26,574 nucleotides of DNA from a virus (lineage: Duplodnaviria > Caudoviricetes), in the IMG/VR virus record IMGVR_UViG_3300017780_002913, positions 1 through 26,574 of that record. The stretch is one strand, 5' to 3'. The translations under genes and the position numbers were made by a program. Shown here one piece after another: positions 8,170-17,142 of this stretch. The number at the start of each line of letters is the position of its first letter. Position 1 is the stretch's first letter. The notes beneath the pieces are model-generated. The model had not been told where the DNA came from. It did not search any database and was given only the letters and a program-made list of their open reading frames with translations.

Positions 8170-8712
8170 ATGAATATCCACATCACCCCATCGGCTGTTT
8201 CTGTCGATACTGCAGCAAACCTTTTAACATTTATTGAACTTGCTAGAGACCCGAGCAAGCTTAAAGCCGTTGTCGAACAAATTAAAACTGCGCAAGAAGC
8301 AGCTAGCAAAGAAATTGAAAAGGCCAAGATTGCTCAGGACGCAGCAGATAAGATTTTGGCTGAAGCGGAAAAGAAAGAGGAAAAAGCATCTCAGCAATTG
8401 TCCGCTGCTCGAACAGAAGCTGGCAAGGCAGCAGCAGCTGTGGCAGAGGCAGAAGCTGTGCGCGGCCAGATAGCTGCAGAGCGAAACAAGTTTGACGCAT
8501 GGATGGCCACTGAGCGCGAAGCATTGGCTAACGCCAAGGCTGTCGTCAATGCTGCTGCAGAACAAAACAATAAACGCGACGAAGCATTTGCTAGTGCAGA
8601 AGCCGATTTAGCAAAACGAGTGGCGCAGGCTGTTGCCACGCAGGCGGCTGCAGAGGCTTTGCAAGCCGAATACAAACAAAAGCTGTCCGCCCTTAAATCG
8701 GTGGTTGGCTGA
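8170..8712 (+). CDS. Ala/Lys/Glu-rich coiled-coil protein (180 aa)
   Basis: AGGAG RBS; long proline-free helical region after residue ~30. Confidence 0.8.
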   Translation: MNIHITPSAVSVDTAANLLTFIELARDPSKLKAVVEQIKTAQEAASKEIEKAKIAQDAADKILAEAEKKEEKASQQLSAARTEAGKAAAAVAEAEAVRGQIAAERNKFDAWMATEREALANAKAVVNAAAEQNNKRDEAFASAEADLAKRVAQAVATQAAAEALQAEYKQKLSALKSVVG

Positions 8713-8726
8713 TCAAGGAGTGAGTC

Positions 8727-9098
8727 ATGGCAGTGATTTACACAACCGCAGTAAAGAACGCCAGACTTGAGGCAGTCGTTACTCAAATCGGCACTACAGG
8801 TGTGCTGGAAATAGGCACTACTGGCATGGGAACCGTGCTGGCGACAATTGCTTTGGCAAACCCCGCTGGCACCGCTGCCAGCGGCGTGCTGACTTTCTCG
8901 GGCTTCCCGCGCTCTGACACCAGCGCCGACAACACTGGCACCGCTGCTGCTGCTCGCATTCGCACCGCAAGCGGCGGGACGGACATTGTGACCGGCCTTA
9001 CTGTGGGCACCTCCGGCAGCGACATCAATCTGGACAGCGTGAGTATTACCGCTGGCCAGACGGTGACGATCAACAGCGCAACTATTACTCACGCGTGA
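8727..9098 (+). CDS. Thr/Gly/Ala-rich beta protein (123 aa), putative virion fibre or decoration subunit
   Basis: AAGGAG RBS; composition and strand pattern (DINLDSVSITAGQTVTINSATIT) typical of phage structural proteins. Confidence 0.75.
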   Translation: MAVIYTTAVKNARLEAVVTQIGTTGVLEIGTTGMGTVLATIALANPAGTAASGVLTFSGFPRSDTSADNTGTAAAARIRTASGGTDIVTGLTVGTSGSDINLDSVSITAGQTVTINSATITHA

Positions 9099-9106
9099 GG
9101 TAAGAC

Positions 9107-9766
9107 ATGGTCGCACCAATTGCAGGTTTTGCCCAACTACCTACCGATTCTGGCAACACTGGAAAGAAGATGCGCACGCAGACTCGCGTCATCGGCGCTG
9201 ATACGGTGCATGAACATTTTTTTGTCGCGTCCAGCACCCGAGACATGCGCGGCAGCTATATTGCGCATTCTGGCGTATTCACGATCCAAGCAGCGGCGCA
9301 GACGTTTCCAACGTCGTTTATATACGTCATCAATCCAATTGGCAACACGACAAATATGGCGCTTACGGCAATTGAGGTGCTGTCGCAACTCGGCTCCGCG
9401 CTGGCAGCGCCGACATCTCCAAGGTTGCTATGGAAGCGTTTTACCTTCACCGGGACGGCATCTGGAGCGTCGATTACTCCGGGCAAGCTAGATAGCACTT
9501 TTCCTACTGCAACTGGCTCACTTCGCACGGCATCAACCGGCATGACAATTACTGCGGTCGCAGACATGCTTTGTTCCCTGCCAGTAGCAAGCGCAACTGC
9601 CGTTGGGTACACGCCCCCGCAGATGGATGAATGGTTTGAGGACATCGAAAAGAATCAAATCATCCTCCGGGCTGGCGAGGGAATCGCAATGTTCCAGCCG
9701 GATGCGGGCACGGCGTCGGACACACGACGCATCATTGTCACGGTGAAGTGGGACGAGTTCAATTGA
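9107..9766 (+). CDS. Hypothetical beta-rich protein (219 aa), putative virion accessory
   Basis: GAGGT RBS; T/S/A-rich with alternating strand patterns. Confidence 0.75.
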   Translation: MVAPIAGFAQLPTDSGNTGKKMRTQTRVIGADTVHEHFFVASSTRDMRGSYIAHSGVFTIQAAAQTFPTSFIYVINPIGNTTNMALTAIEVLSQLGSALAAPTSPRLLWKRFTFTGTASGASITPGKLDSTFPTATGSLRTASTGMTITAVADMLCSLPVASATAVGYTPPQMDEWFEDIEKNQIILRAGEGIAMFQPDAGTASDTRRIIVTVKWDEFN

Positions 9767-9777
9767 TCGGGTAAATT

Positions 9778-10692
9778 ATGGCTGACCAGTGGGGCCTTGT
9801 ACCGCTGCCGCTGGGCCAGCCTTTTGAACCGGCAGCACCCGAACAACCGAACCAGCCCGCAGACATATTCGGCGGGTTCATTGCCGGCTGGTCTGCCGCG
9901 CTGCCAGCCATCACTGGCGATTTTGCTGCCTCAGAGACTGGTGACGACACCGCCGCTGCAAGTGGCAAGGTCTACATCAACGGCACTCTTGCTGCCAGCG
10001 AAACGGGAGCCGACACCGCTGCTGCGACTGGAAAAGTTCTTGTCAAAGGAACGCTTACCGCAAGCGAGAGCGGTTTCGATCTTGCTAGCGCGGTCGGTAA
10101 AGTGCTGGTCAAAGGCGCGCTTGCTGTTGCCGAGGTAGGTAACGACACGGCCACGGCAACTGGCAATGTCTACGTTAAAGGTGCGTTTTCTGCAAGCGAA
10201 AGCGGATCAGATATTGCTAGCGCAACCGGCAAAGTATTTGTCAATGGCGCGCTGACTGCAACAGAAAACGGAAGCGATATTTTTTCCGCTTCCGGTGACT
10301 TGTTAATCAATGGCAATTTTGCTGCAACAGAATCAGGGACCGATCTTGTAACTGCAATCGGCAAAGTTCTGGTGAATGGCGAAATGTCCGTCATTGAGAC
10401 CGGGCAAGATATTGCCAATGCAAGCGGCAATGTTTACATCAGTGGCACTCTTGCAACAAGCGAATCAGGCAACGATCTATTTTATTCTTCCGGTTTTTTG
10501 CTGGTCAATGGATCGTTGGCAGCAACAGAGACAGGCTTGGATGCGCTCACAGCCTCTGGCAATGTGAATGTCACTGGCTCAATGACTGCGCTGGAAATTG
10601 GCAGCGATGCTTTTGCGGCTTTTGGAGTAACCGTTTTAGGTACGCGGGGCGGCGGATTTATTTTAAACGTCGGCCGGATGATGAATCGATAA
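9778..10692 (+). CDS. 22-aa tandem-repeat protein (304 aa), putative fibre or beta-solenoid
   Basis: 11 gap-free repeats with consensus (Y/L)(V/I)xGxLAA(S/T)E(S/T)GxDxAxA(S/T)GxV. Confidence 0.8.
   Translation: MADQWGLVPLPLGQPFEPAAPEQPNQPADIFGGFIAGWSAALPAITGDFAASETGDDTAAASGKVYINGTLAASETGADTAAATGKVLVKGTLTASESGFDLASAVGKVLVKGALAVAEVGNDTATATGNVYVKGAFSASESGSDIASATGKVFVNGALTATENGSDIFSASGDLLINGNFAATESGTDLVTAIGKVLVNGEMSVIETGQDIANASGNVYISGTLATSESGNDLFYSSGFLLVNGSLAATETGLDALTASGNVNVTGSMTALEIGSDAFAAFGVTVLGTRGGGFILNVGRMMNR
9907..10632 (+). repeat. Coding tandem repeat, 11 x 66 nt
   Basis: Invariant G, E, G, D, G at fixed 22-residue spacing; nucleotide sequence diverged. Confidence 0.9.
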
Positions 10693-10697
10693 AAATC

Positions 10698-10726
10698 TTG
10701 CGCGGCGAATATCACAATGCTATTAT
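10698..10726 (+). promoter_or_regulatory. Sigma70-like promoter with extended -10, containing a 15-bp box at 10710-10724
   Basis: TTGCGC (10698-10703), 17-nt spacer, TGc-TATTAT (10718-10726); box TATCACAATGCTATT. Confidence 0.7.
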
Positions 10727-10732
10727 CAACTC

Positions 10733-10817
10733 CGGGTAATAGCGTTCAGAGCGCGGCCCAAACTCTCCTTGGTTGAATTTGATAGGGCGTCCAGTTAAAC
10801 GGACGCCCTTTTCTTTT
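10733..10817 (+). ncRNA. Candidate ~85-nt leader or small RNA
   Basis: Bounded by a promoter and a terminator; 5' hairpin, unpaired ACUCUCCUU, U-rich stretch, 3' terminator. Confidence 0.4.
10784..10817 (+). terminator. Rho-independent terminator
   Basis: Perfect 9-bp stem agggcgtcc/ggacgccct, 8-nt loop, followed by tttctttt. Confidence 0.85.
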
Positions 10818-10824
10818 GGCGCAG

Positions 10825-11064
10825 ATGAAGACAGAAGATTTTCGGTCCCCCGCATGGAGGCGGCTGTCGCAGCACGTTGAAGCACGCATCGACGAGCTGC
10901 GAGAGCTGAACGACTCGCTGTCGTATGGCCCAGAAAAAACAGCCGCTATTCGAGGTGGGATAGCGGAGCTGAAAAAGATTCTCAGCCTGGCCGACGAGGC
11001 CAGCCTGAGTCCAGCAGTCGACCCTGAAGAGCTTGCTCAAAGCGTCGACGATCCCGGCCAGTGA
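10825..11064 (+). CDS. Small helical head-module protein (79 aa) preceding the scaffold gene
   Basis: AWRRL...IRGGIAELKKILSL pattern and position match the small gene often found between portal and scaffold in podoviruses; weak RBS. Confidence 0.7.
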   Translation: MKTEDFRSPAWRRLSQHVEARIDELRELNDSLSYGPEKTAAIRGGIAELKKILSLADEASLSPAVDPEELAQSVDDPGQ

Positions 11065-11091
11065 TGGCCAAAAAGTGAGACGACCACCCAA

Positions 11092-11970
11092 ATGAACACA
11101 ACACAGGAAACCACCAACCCGCAAGACGACGCAAAGAAGATCTGGGACCAGTTGGACGCAGAGGATGAGGGCCGCGCGCAGCCCGAAATCGATGCGCACG
11201 ACGAGCCGCCAGTAGACGCCCCCGCTTTGGCTGAGGCCACCTACCCCGCACCCGCCGAACAGGCCGATGCACCAAGGGCAGGTGATGCACCAGCGCAGAC
11301 GAGCGAGCAGGCATTGATGGACAAGATCTCTGGACTTGAGTCGCTGCTTGGCCAAGTCACGCAACGTCTACGAAATGCAGAAGGACACATCGGAGGTTTA
11401 GGTAGCCAAATGAAGCAGCAGCTTCAAGCGGCTCAACAAGTCTCATCCAAGGGTGGCGAAGCGCCGAGTGCCGGAGAGATCCGGGCAGCGCAGAGCAACG
11501 CCAAGGCGATGGAGTCATTGAAGCGCGACTACCCGGAATTTGCGGAGGCGATGGAAGCAGCGTTAAACGAGCAGATGGAAGCGCTGAAGGCAGCAATGCC
11601 ACAGCAGACTCAGCCCGGCGTGACGTCAGCGGAAATTGGTCGCTTGCGCAGCGAAGTGGCAGTCGAAATCCGGCACCCTGGTTGGCAGGATCGTGTGAAA
11701 TCGCCAGAGTTTATGGGCTGGATGCAACGCCAGCCTCGAGAAGTGCAAATGCTTGCGGCGAGCGAAAGCCCGCAGGATGCAATCAGATTGCTGGATTTGC
11801 ATTCCGAGACCATGAAGTCGGCAACGGCACAAAGAACGCAGCGCCTTAACTCTGCAGCAGCAATTCCTTCAGGCAGGTCTGGCAGCAACATGCGCCAGAA
11901 AGCCGTAGAGGACATGTCGCCTGAAGAGTATTGGCGCTATTTAGATGAACTTGATCGACAAAAAAGGTAA
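11092..11970 (+). CDS. Putative capsid scaffolding protein (292 aa)
   Basis: Directly upstream of the major capsid gene; acidic disordered N-terminus, coiled coil, C-terminal MSPEEYWRYL helix. Confidence 0.75.
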   Translation: MNTTQETTNPQDDAKKIWDQLDAEDEGRAQPEIDAHDEPPVDAPALAEATYPAPAEQADAPRAGDAPAQTSEQALMDKISGLESLLGQVTQRLRNAEGHIGGLGSQMKQQLQAAQQVSSKGGEAPSAGEIRAAQSNAKAMESLKRDYPEFAEAMEAALNEQMEALKAAMPQQTQPGVTSAEIGRLRSEVAVEIRHPGWQDRVKSPEFMGWMQRQPREVQMLAASESPQDAIRLLDLHSETMKSATAQRTQRLNSAAAIPSGRSGSNMRQKAVEDMSPEEYWRYLDELDRQKR

Positions 11971-11976
11971 TTGATC

Positions 11977-13008
11977 ATGCAAACTTATTCCCTAGTTCCC
12001 TCACGGAACCTCATCATGGCCGAGCGTGAAATGCTCAAACACGCCATGCCCATCAAAGTTCTGAGCACCTTCGGTACGCAGAAGCAGATCCCCCAGAACA
12101 AGACGGACACCGTAGTGTTCCGCCGCGCTCTTCCGATCGACGCTGGCTCCAATGGCGCTCCCAACATCAACACCAGCAACTACCTGCTGCAAGAAGGCGT
12201 GACCCCCGGCTCGCGCACCATCAGCTACCAAGACGTGCAGGTCACTCTGCAGCAGTACGGCGTGCTGATGAAGCTTTCCAGCAAGGCTGAGAACATGTAC
12301 GAGGACGACATCCCCGGCGACATGGTCAAGCTGGTCGGTGAGCACATGGCTTCGATCGAAGAGTTGATCTCCTACGGCGTGGTCCGCGGCGGCACTAACG
12401 TGGTATTTGCCAACGGCACGGTACGCACCTCGGTGAACACTGGCATTAGCTTGAACAAGCTGCGCCAAGCTGCCCGTCAGCTTGAGTCGGCTCACGCTCA
12501 ACTGGTGACAGAAAAGCTCGCCGGCTCGGTGAACTTTGGCACCTCAGCCATTGAGCCTGGCTATCTGGTGTTCATTCACACCGACATGGAAGCCGACTTC
12601 CGTAACCTGACCAACTTTGTGCCAGTGGCTCGCTACGGTTCACAAAAGCCTGTGCATGAGCGCGAGGTCGGCACGGTCGAGCGTTTCCGCATCATCACGA
12701 GCCCGTACTTCCGTCCGTTCCTGTCGGCCGGCGGCACTGTAACCGCAGGCACATTCCTGTCCAACGGCGGTAGCGCAGGCACCACTGCCGACGTGTACCC
12801 AGTGATGGTGATCGCGCAAGAAGCTTGGGGTCAGGTTGCACTGAAGGGCATGAACGCCATTCAGCCGATCTACCTGCCTGCAAAGCAGATCACGCACGCC
12901 AACCCGATGGGCCAGTTTGGCTATGTGGGCGCAAACTTCTACAAGAACGCTGTGCGCCTGAACGAAAACTGGATGGTGCGCATCGAGGTCGCTTGCTCGG
13001 CACTGTGA
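11977..13008 (+). CDS. Major capsid protein, N4-gp56-like family (343 aa)
   Basis: IPQNKTDTVVFRR, LQEGVTP, VTLQQYG, EVGTVERFRII, NPMGQFGYVG and LNENWMVRIEV motifs; strongly biased codon usage. Confidence 0.92.
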   Translation: MQTYSLVPSRNLIMAEREMLKHAMPIKVLSTFGTQKQIPQNKTDTVVFRRALPIDAGSNGAPNINTSNYLLQEGVTPGSRTISYQDVQVTLQQYGVLMKLSSKAENMYEDDIPGDMVKLVGEHMASIEELISYGVVRGGTNVVFANGTVRTSVNTGISLNKLRQAARQLESAHAQLVTEKLAGSVNFGTSAIEPGYLVFIHTDMEADFRNLTNFVPVARYGSQKPVHEREVGTVERFRIITSPYFRPFLSAGGTVTAGTFLSNGGSAGTTADVYPVMVIAQEAWGQVALKGMNAIQPIYLPAKQITHANPMGQFGYVGANFYKNAVRLNENWMVRIEVACSAL

Positions 13009-13015
13009 TGAATAT

Positions 13016-13033
13016 CTAGGGCGCAAGCCCTAG
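13016..13033 (+). other. Stable hairpin with GCAA (GNRA) tetraloop after the capsid gene
   Basis: ctagggc-gcaa-gccctag, perfect 7-bp stem, no U tract. Confidence 0.75.
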
Positions 13034-13052
13034 CTTCACCAAAGGAACAAAT

Positions 13053-13238
13053 ATGCCTTCTGAATCCGTAAAACAACGCGTCAATGCGCTTGCCATCGCG
13101 GGCGATCGCCAAGAGTTGGCAATTCTCTTGGCGGCGGTCGTCGATGCTCTTCAGGCCGTCGCTGTCAAGCTTGACGCTGACGCTGGCGTGACTGACACCA
13201 ACTACGCGGCCACCGTCGCTGCACTCGTTACTGACTGA
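13053..13238 (+). CDS. Small Ala-rich protein (61 aa), putative capsid accessory
   Basis: AAAGGA RBS; follows the major capsid gene. Confidence 0.7.
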   Translation: MPSESVKQRVNALAIAGDRQELAILLAAVVDALQAVAVKLDADAGVTDTNYAATVAALVTD

Positions 13239-13249
13239 AAGGAAACACC

Positions 13250-13765
13250 ATGTCTGACAATCAATCTTTAAACCGTGGTCTCACGATCGCGCTCAACAGC
13301 GGCGGTTTGGCTGAAGGCACAAACGCCAACACCATCCAGATTGCTACCGCGATTAACTACGTCATCGACGGTCGGTTTTACAGCAAAGCCATTACCGACA
13401 ACATCGCCATCAGCTATAGCGGTGCAACCGTGTACCAAGCTGCTGCCGGCGGCATTCAATCTGTCAACGGGGGATTCACTGGTGGTGTCAATGGATCGAC
13501 TCGCATCTACGGCATCTTTCTGGATACCGCTGGCGCCGTTTCTCTCCTGCCTGGTCCAATCGTTGACAACGCTGAGTTGGCTGCTGGCAGAATTGCTCTG
13601 CAATGGCCTGACGCACCTGCAGGCGTTTGCCCGATCGGCGGCCTGCGCATTGGCCTGACTGCTGGCGTGACATTCACCCCTGGCCAGACTGACCTCGGCG
13701 CTGCCAACGTGACCGATACGTTCTACAACCTGGCTGACATTCCGGCCAATCCGCTGACCGCTTAA
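13250..13765 (+). CDS. Putative capsid decoration protein (171 aa)
   Basis: AAAGGA RBS; G/A/T-rich beta composition; position and codon bias similar to the capsid gene. Confidence 0.65.
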   Translation: MSDNQSLNRGLTIALNSGGLAEGTNANTIQIATAINYVIDGRFYSKAITDNIAISYSGATVYQAAAGGIQSVNGGFTGGVNGSTRIYGIFLDTAGAVSLLPGPIVDNAELAAGRIALQWPDAPAGVCPIGGLRIGLTAGVTFTPGQTDLGAANVTDTFYNLADIPANPLTA

Positions 13766-13776
13766 CGTCAGCTTAA

Positions 13777-13806
13777 GGGGGCCGCCTTTTGGTGGCTCCC
13801 TGCTTT
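13777..13806 (+). terminator. GC-rich hairpin or weak terminator closing the capsid block
   Basis: gggggccgcc-tttt-ggtggctccc with G-U pairs; poor U tract. Confidence 0.5.
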
Positions 13807-13830
13807 ACCCAATTTAACGGAGACCAAACA

Positions 13831-14313
13831 ATGACTGACAAGATCAACAGCTACGAACGCAAGCGTGGTGTTTCGTCCGATGACGTGGACATCGTCAACA
13901 AGGTGCAGCCCGCATCCGAGGTTGCCAAAGGCGGTCACGAGGTCGACACCGATCGTGTGTACAGCACAGCTCAAATTGACGAAGAAGCTTTCATGCGCGA
14001 AGAGCTGGAAATCATCTTGATGGAACCTGGCAACGAAAACGATGCGCAGTTCTGCGAAGTGAACGTCAATGGAGACTATCGTCTTTTGATGCGCAACGGC
14101 GAGCCGCAGCGGCTTCGCCGGTATCACGTTGCTGTACTGGCCCAAGCCAAGCAGTCGCGTGTTCGTCAGAGGAAGATCGTCAACCAAGACGGTTCGATGG
14201 GCTTCCAAGAAGAAAACGTCTTGTCTCTCACGTATCCGTTCTCTGTATCGCACGACCCAAACCCGAAGCACGGATCTTCGTGGCTTCGTAAAATGCTTTC
14301 CAACCCGGTGTAA
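13831..14313 (+). CDS. Hypothetical phage protein (160 aa)
   Basis: GGAG RBS before ATG 13831; lies between head and adaptor genes. Confidence 0.75.
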   Translation: MTDKINSYERKRGVSSDDVDIVNKVQPASEVAKGGHEVDTDRVYSTAQIDEEAFMREELEIILMEPGNENDAQFCEVNVNGDYRLLMRNGEPQRLRRYHVAVLAQAKQSRVRQRKIVNQDGSMGFQEENVLSLTYPFSVSHDPNPKHGSSWLRKMLSNPV

Positions 14314-14316
14314 GAC

Positions 14317-15012
14317 ATGAATTATCTCCAGCTCGTCCAGCGTCTCAGCTCTGAGGTGGGTGCATCTGGCACCGGACCATCCTCTGTTGTTGCGCAGACA
14401 GGCGCCAACCTTCGTTTGGTCAACTGGATCAACACAGCGTGGCTGGAGATACAGGGTCTGCACAACACTTGGAATTGGATGCGGAAGAAATTTCAGTGGG
14501 AAACGGTCGCCGGCACGGGAGACTACCTACCCGGCGCTGTCACCAACACGCTGACCAGCGAGCTGATGACAGACCTGCGCTACTGGTACAAAGACACGTT
14601 CCGCGCGCAGAAAAAGAGCATCGGCATTCAAGACGAGCAGTGGTTGGTCGAGTGGGAATACTACGTGTTTCGCAACACTTACCGCTTCAACTTGCAGATG
14701 CAAGGCCGGCCAGTGGTGTTTGGTGAAAACCCCCAGGGAAAGGCCATCTTGCTTGGCCAAATTCCCGATGATGTGTACATCATCAGTGGCGAGTATCAGC
14801 AAAAGGCATGGGATCTCACGGCAAACGATGACGAGCCTGATTTTCCGGATGCTTACCACTTGATGATTGTTTACAAGGCGATGTTGTATTACGGGCTGTT
14901 TGAGGCCGCTGGCGAAGTCATCCAGCGAGCGCAATCTCAGTACCAAGCGCTGCTGACTCAGTTAGAACATGAGCAGCTTCAAGAAGTTTATCTTGGCAAT
15001 CCTTTGGCGTGA
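14317..15012 (+). CDS. Putative head-tail adaptor (231 aa)
   Basis: MNYLQLVQRL N-terminal helix, WINTAWLEI, PDFPDAYHLMIVYKAM; podovirus synteny. Confidence 0.72.
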   Translation: MNYLQLVQRLSSEVGASGTGPSSVVAQTGANLRLVNWINTAWLEIQGLHNTWNWMRKKFQWETVAGTGDYLPGAVTNTLTSELMTDLRYWYKDTFRAQKKSIGIQDEQWLVEWEYYVFRNTYRFNLQMQGRPVVFGENPQGKAILLGQIPDDVYIISGEYQQKAWDLTANDDEPDFPDAYHLMIVYKAMLYYGLFEAAGEVIQRAQSQYQALLTQLEHEQLQEVYLGNPLA

Positions 15013-15024
15013 GGTTGGTGAGGC

Positions 15025-17073
15025 ATGGCATCTAGTCTCCCGCAAGTTCAATACGATCTGATTCGCCTTAGTGGCGGACTGGATCAGGTCACGCCGACGC
15101 TGTCCCTGTCTCCTGGCGTGATGCGCAGGTCGGCAAACTTTGAGTGCTCAATCACAGGTGGCTACACCCGCATTGCTGGGTACGAACGCTTTGACGGCCG
15201 ACCGGCACCTTCTGCTGCGCTGTACAGCGTACTGACTTGCGCGCTGACTGGAACTGTTGCCGTTGGAAACACGGTCACAGGATACACATCATCCGCAACT
15301 GGGAAGGTCATTGCAGTTTCTGGCGGCGATGTCGTCATCACCAGACAAACCGGTACGTTCTTAGAGTCGGAAGGCCTTCTGGTTGGCGCCTCTAGCGTCG
15401 GGACAATTAACGCAATTTCCAATCTTGTTGCTGACGGCTTGCTGGATGCAACCTACAAATCGCTGGCAGCAGACAATTACCGGTCTGACATTCAAGCAGT
15501 CCCAGGATCCGGCCATGTGCGAGGCGTCGTCTACTACAAAGGCAACGTCTATGCGTGGCGGAACAATGCAGGCGACACAGCGCTGGCAATGTACAAGTCC
15601 AGCGCAAGCGGGTGGACTGCGATCACCCTTGGAATTGAGCTTGCGTTTGACGATGGAACGACAGAGATCGCTGATGGCACAACCGTCGTTGGCAACACAA
15701 GCGGAGCGACAGGTATTGCCAGGCGGGTGATTGTTTCTGGCGGATCTTGGGGTGGCGCCACGCATGCCTCTGGTCGGATCATTTTTACGTCAGTCACAGG
15801 AACCTTTCTGAACAATGAGCACATCAACGTGGGCGGTACGAAGTACGCACTGGTTGATGGCACACAGAGTCAGATGACATGGCTGCCTAGCGGGCGCGTG
15901 CAAGCGGTAATAGCCAACTTTGGCGGCGGTCAAGACAATCAAAAGCTTTACTTTTGCGACGGCAAGAACCGTGCATTTGAATTTGACGGCACGTACTTGG
16001 TGCCGGTAGCGACTGCCATGTCGCCTGACACGCCTACCTGCATCGCCGCGCACAAGCAGCATCTGTTCTTGGCTTTCGGTCATTCGCTGCAATTCTCAAG
16101 CATTGGCAACCCGTACGTGTGGGACCCGGTACTTGGCGCTGGCGAGATAGCGATGAATGACGACATCACGAACTTGCCACAGCTGCCTGGCGATCAGTCA
16201 AGCGGCGCGCTGGGCATCTATACAGAAAACGAAACGTCGATTCTGTACGGATCCAGCGAAGCTGATTTCAAGCTGTCGAACTTCAACAACGCCAGCGGCG
16301 CAATGCGTTACACCGCGCAGAACCTTGACCAGACTTATGCGCTTTCCCAGCGCGGCGTAATGGGCATGAGCACAACGCTGAACTTCGGCAATTTCCTTTC
16401 AAACTCGATGACGATGAACATTAGACCGTTCATCCAAGCTCGTCGGCATCTTGCGACGGCGTCGGTCTTAAACCGCGAGAAGGGCCAGTACAGACTGTTC
16501 TTTAGTGACGGAACAGGGCTCTACATGACGGTCGCCAACGGCAAACTGATTGGCTCTGGCCCTGTTCAGTTCCCGAACCCTGCCATGTGCTGCTCGGATG
16601 GTAGCAATGCCGATGGAGCAGAGACGTCCTACTTTGGATCGACCAATGGATTCGTTTACACACTGGATGCCGGCACGTCGTTCGACGGCTTAAACATCTC
16701 GGCAAATATCACATTGGTTTACAACAGCATCAACTCGCCGCGGATTTTGAAACGCTATCGCCGAGCCAGCGTGGAGATGACCGGCGATTCGTATGCAGAG
16801 TTTTCGTTTGCGTACGACCTTGGGTATAGAACTCCTGAGCTCGAGCAGCCTGCCGATCAGATCTACGGCAACGACCTTCGCGCGTCTTACTGGGACTCAT
16901 TCACTTGGGACAACTTTGCATGGGACGGCCGCGACATCTCGCCGTCTGAGGTCGAGGTAACTGGGACGGCAGAAAACATCGCCATTCGGATTTCTTCCGT
17001 TTCGAAATTATTCAAACCGTTCACGGTGAACACGATCATCGTTCACTATTCCATGCGCAGAGGGCTTAGATAA
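15025..17073 (+). CDS. Putative tail nozzle/tubular protein, beta-propeller type (682 aa)
   Basis: N-terminal LSGGLD; propeller-like HKQHLFLA...LQFSSIGNP; size and position equivalent to P22 gp10 / T7 gp12. Confidence 0.72.
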   Translation: MASSLPQVQYDLIRLSGGLDQVTPTLSLSPGVMRRSANFECSITGGYTRIAGYERFDGRPAPSAALYSVLTCALTGTVAVGNTVTGYTSSATGKVIAVSGGDVVITRQTGTFLESEGLLVGASSVGTINAISNLVADGLLDATYKSLAADNYRSDIQAVPGSGHVRGVVYYKGNVYAWRNNAGDTALAMYKSSASGWTAITLGIELAFDDGTTEIADGTTVVGNTSGATGIARRVIVSGGSWGGATHASGRIIFTSVTGTFLNNEHINVGGTKYALVDGTQSQMTWLPSGRVQAVIANFGGGQDNQKLYFCDGKNRAFEFDGTYLVPVATAMSPDTPTCIAAHKQHLFLAFGHSLQFSSIGNPYVWDPVLGAGEIAMNDDITNLPQLPGDQSSGALGIYTENETSILYGSSEADFKLSNFNNASGAMRYTAQNLDQTYALSQRGVMGMSTTLNFGNFLSNSMTMNIRPFIQARRHLATASVLNREKGQYRLFFSDGTGLYMTVANGKLIGSGPVQFPNPAMCCSDGSNADGAETSYFGSTNGFVYTLDAGTSFDGLNISANITLVYNSINSPRILKRYRRASVEMTGDSYAEFSFAYDLGYRTPELEQPADQIYGNDLRASYWDSFTWDNFAWDGRDISPSEVEVTGTAENIAIRISSVSKLFKPFTVNTIIVHYSMRRGLR

Positions 17074-17142
17074 TGAGAAAATTTGCGAGCTACACCTGCG
17101 CTGCAAAACCAATAGAAACGCAACAAGTTTGAAAGCGAAATT

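Noticed and set aside
9907-10632. 66-nt periodicity as a CRISPR-like array
   Set aside because: Conservation is at the amino-acid level within an open frame; there is no identical DNA repeat with unique spacers.
12990-13052. Readthrough or frameshift extension of the major capsid protein
   Set aside because: Tandem TGA TGA stops, no slippery sequence seen, and the next gene has its own RBS.
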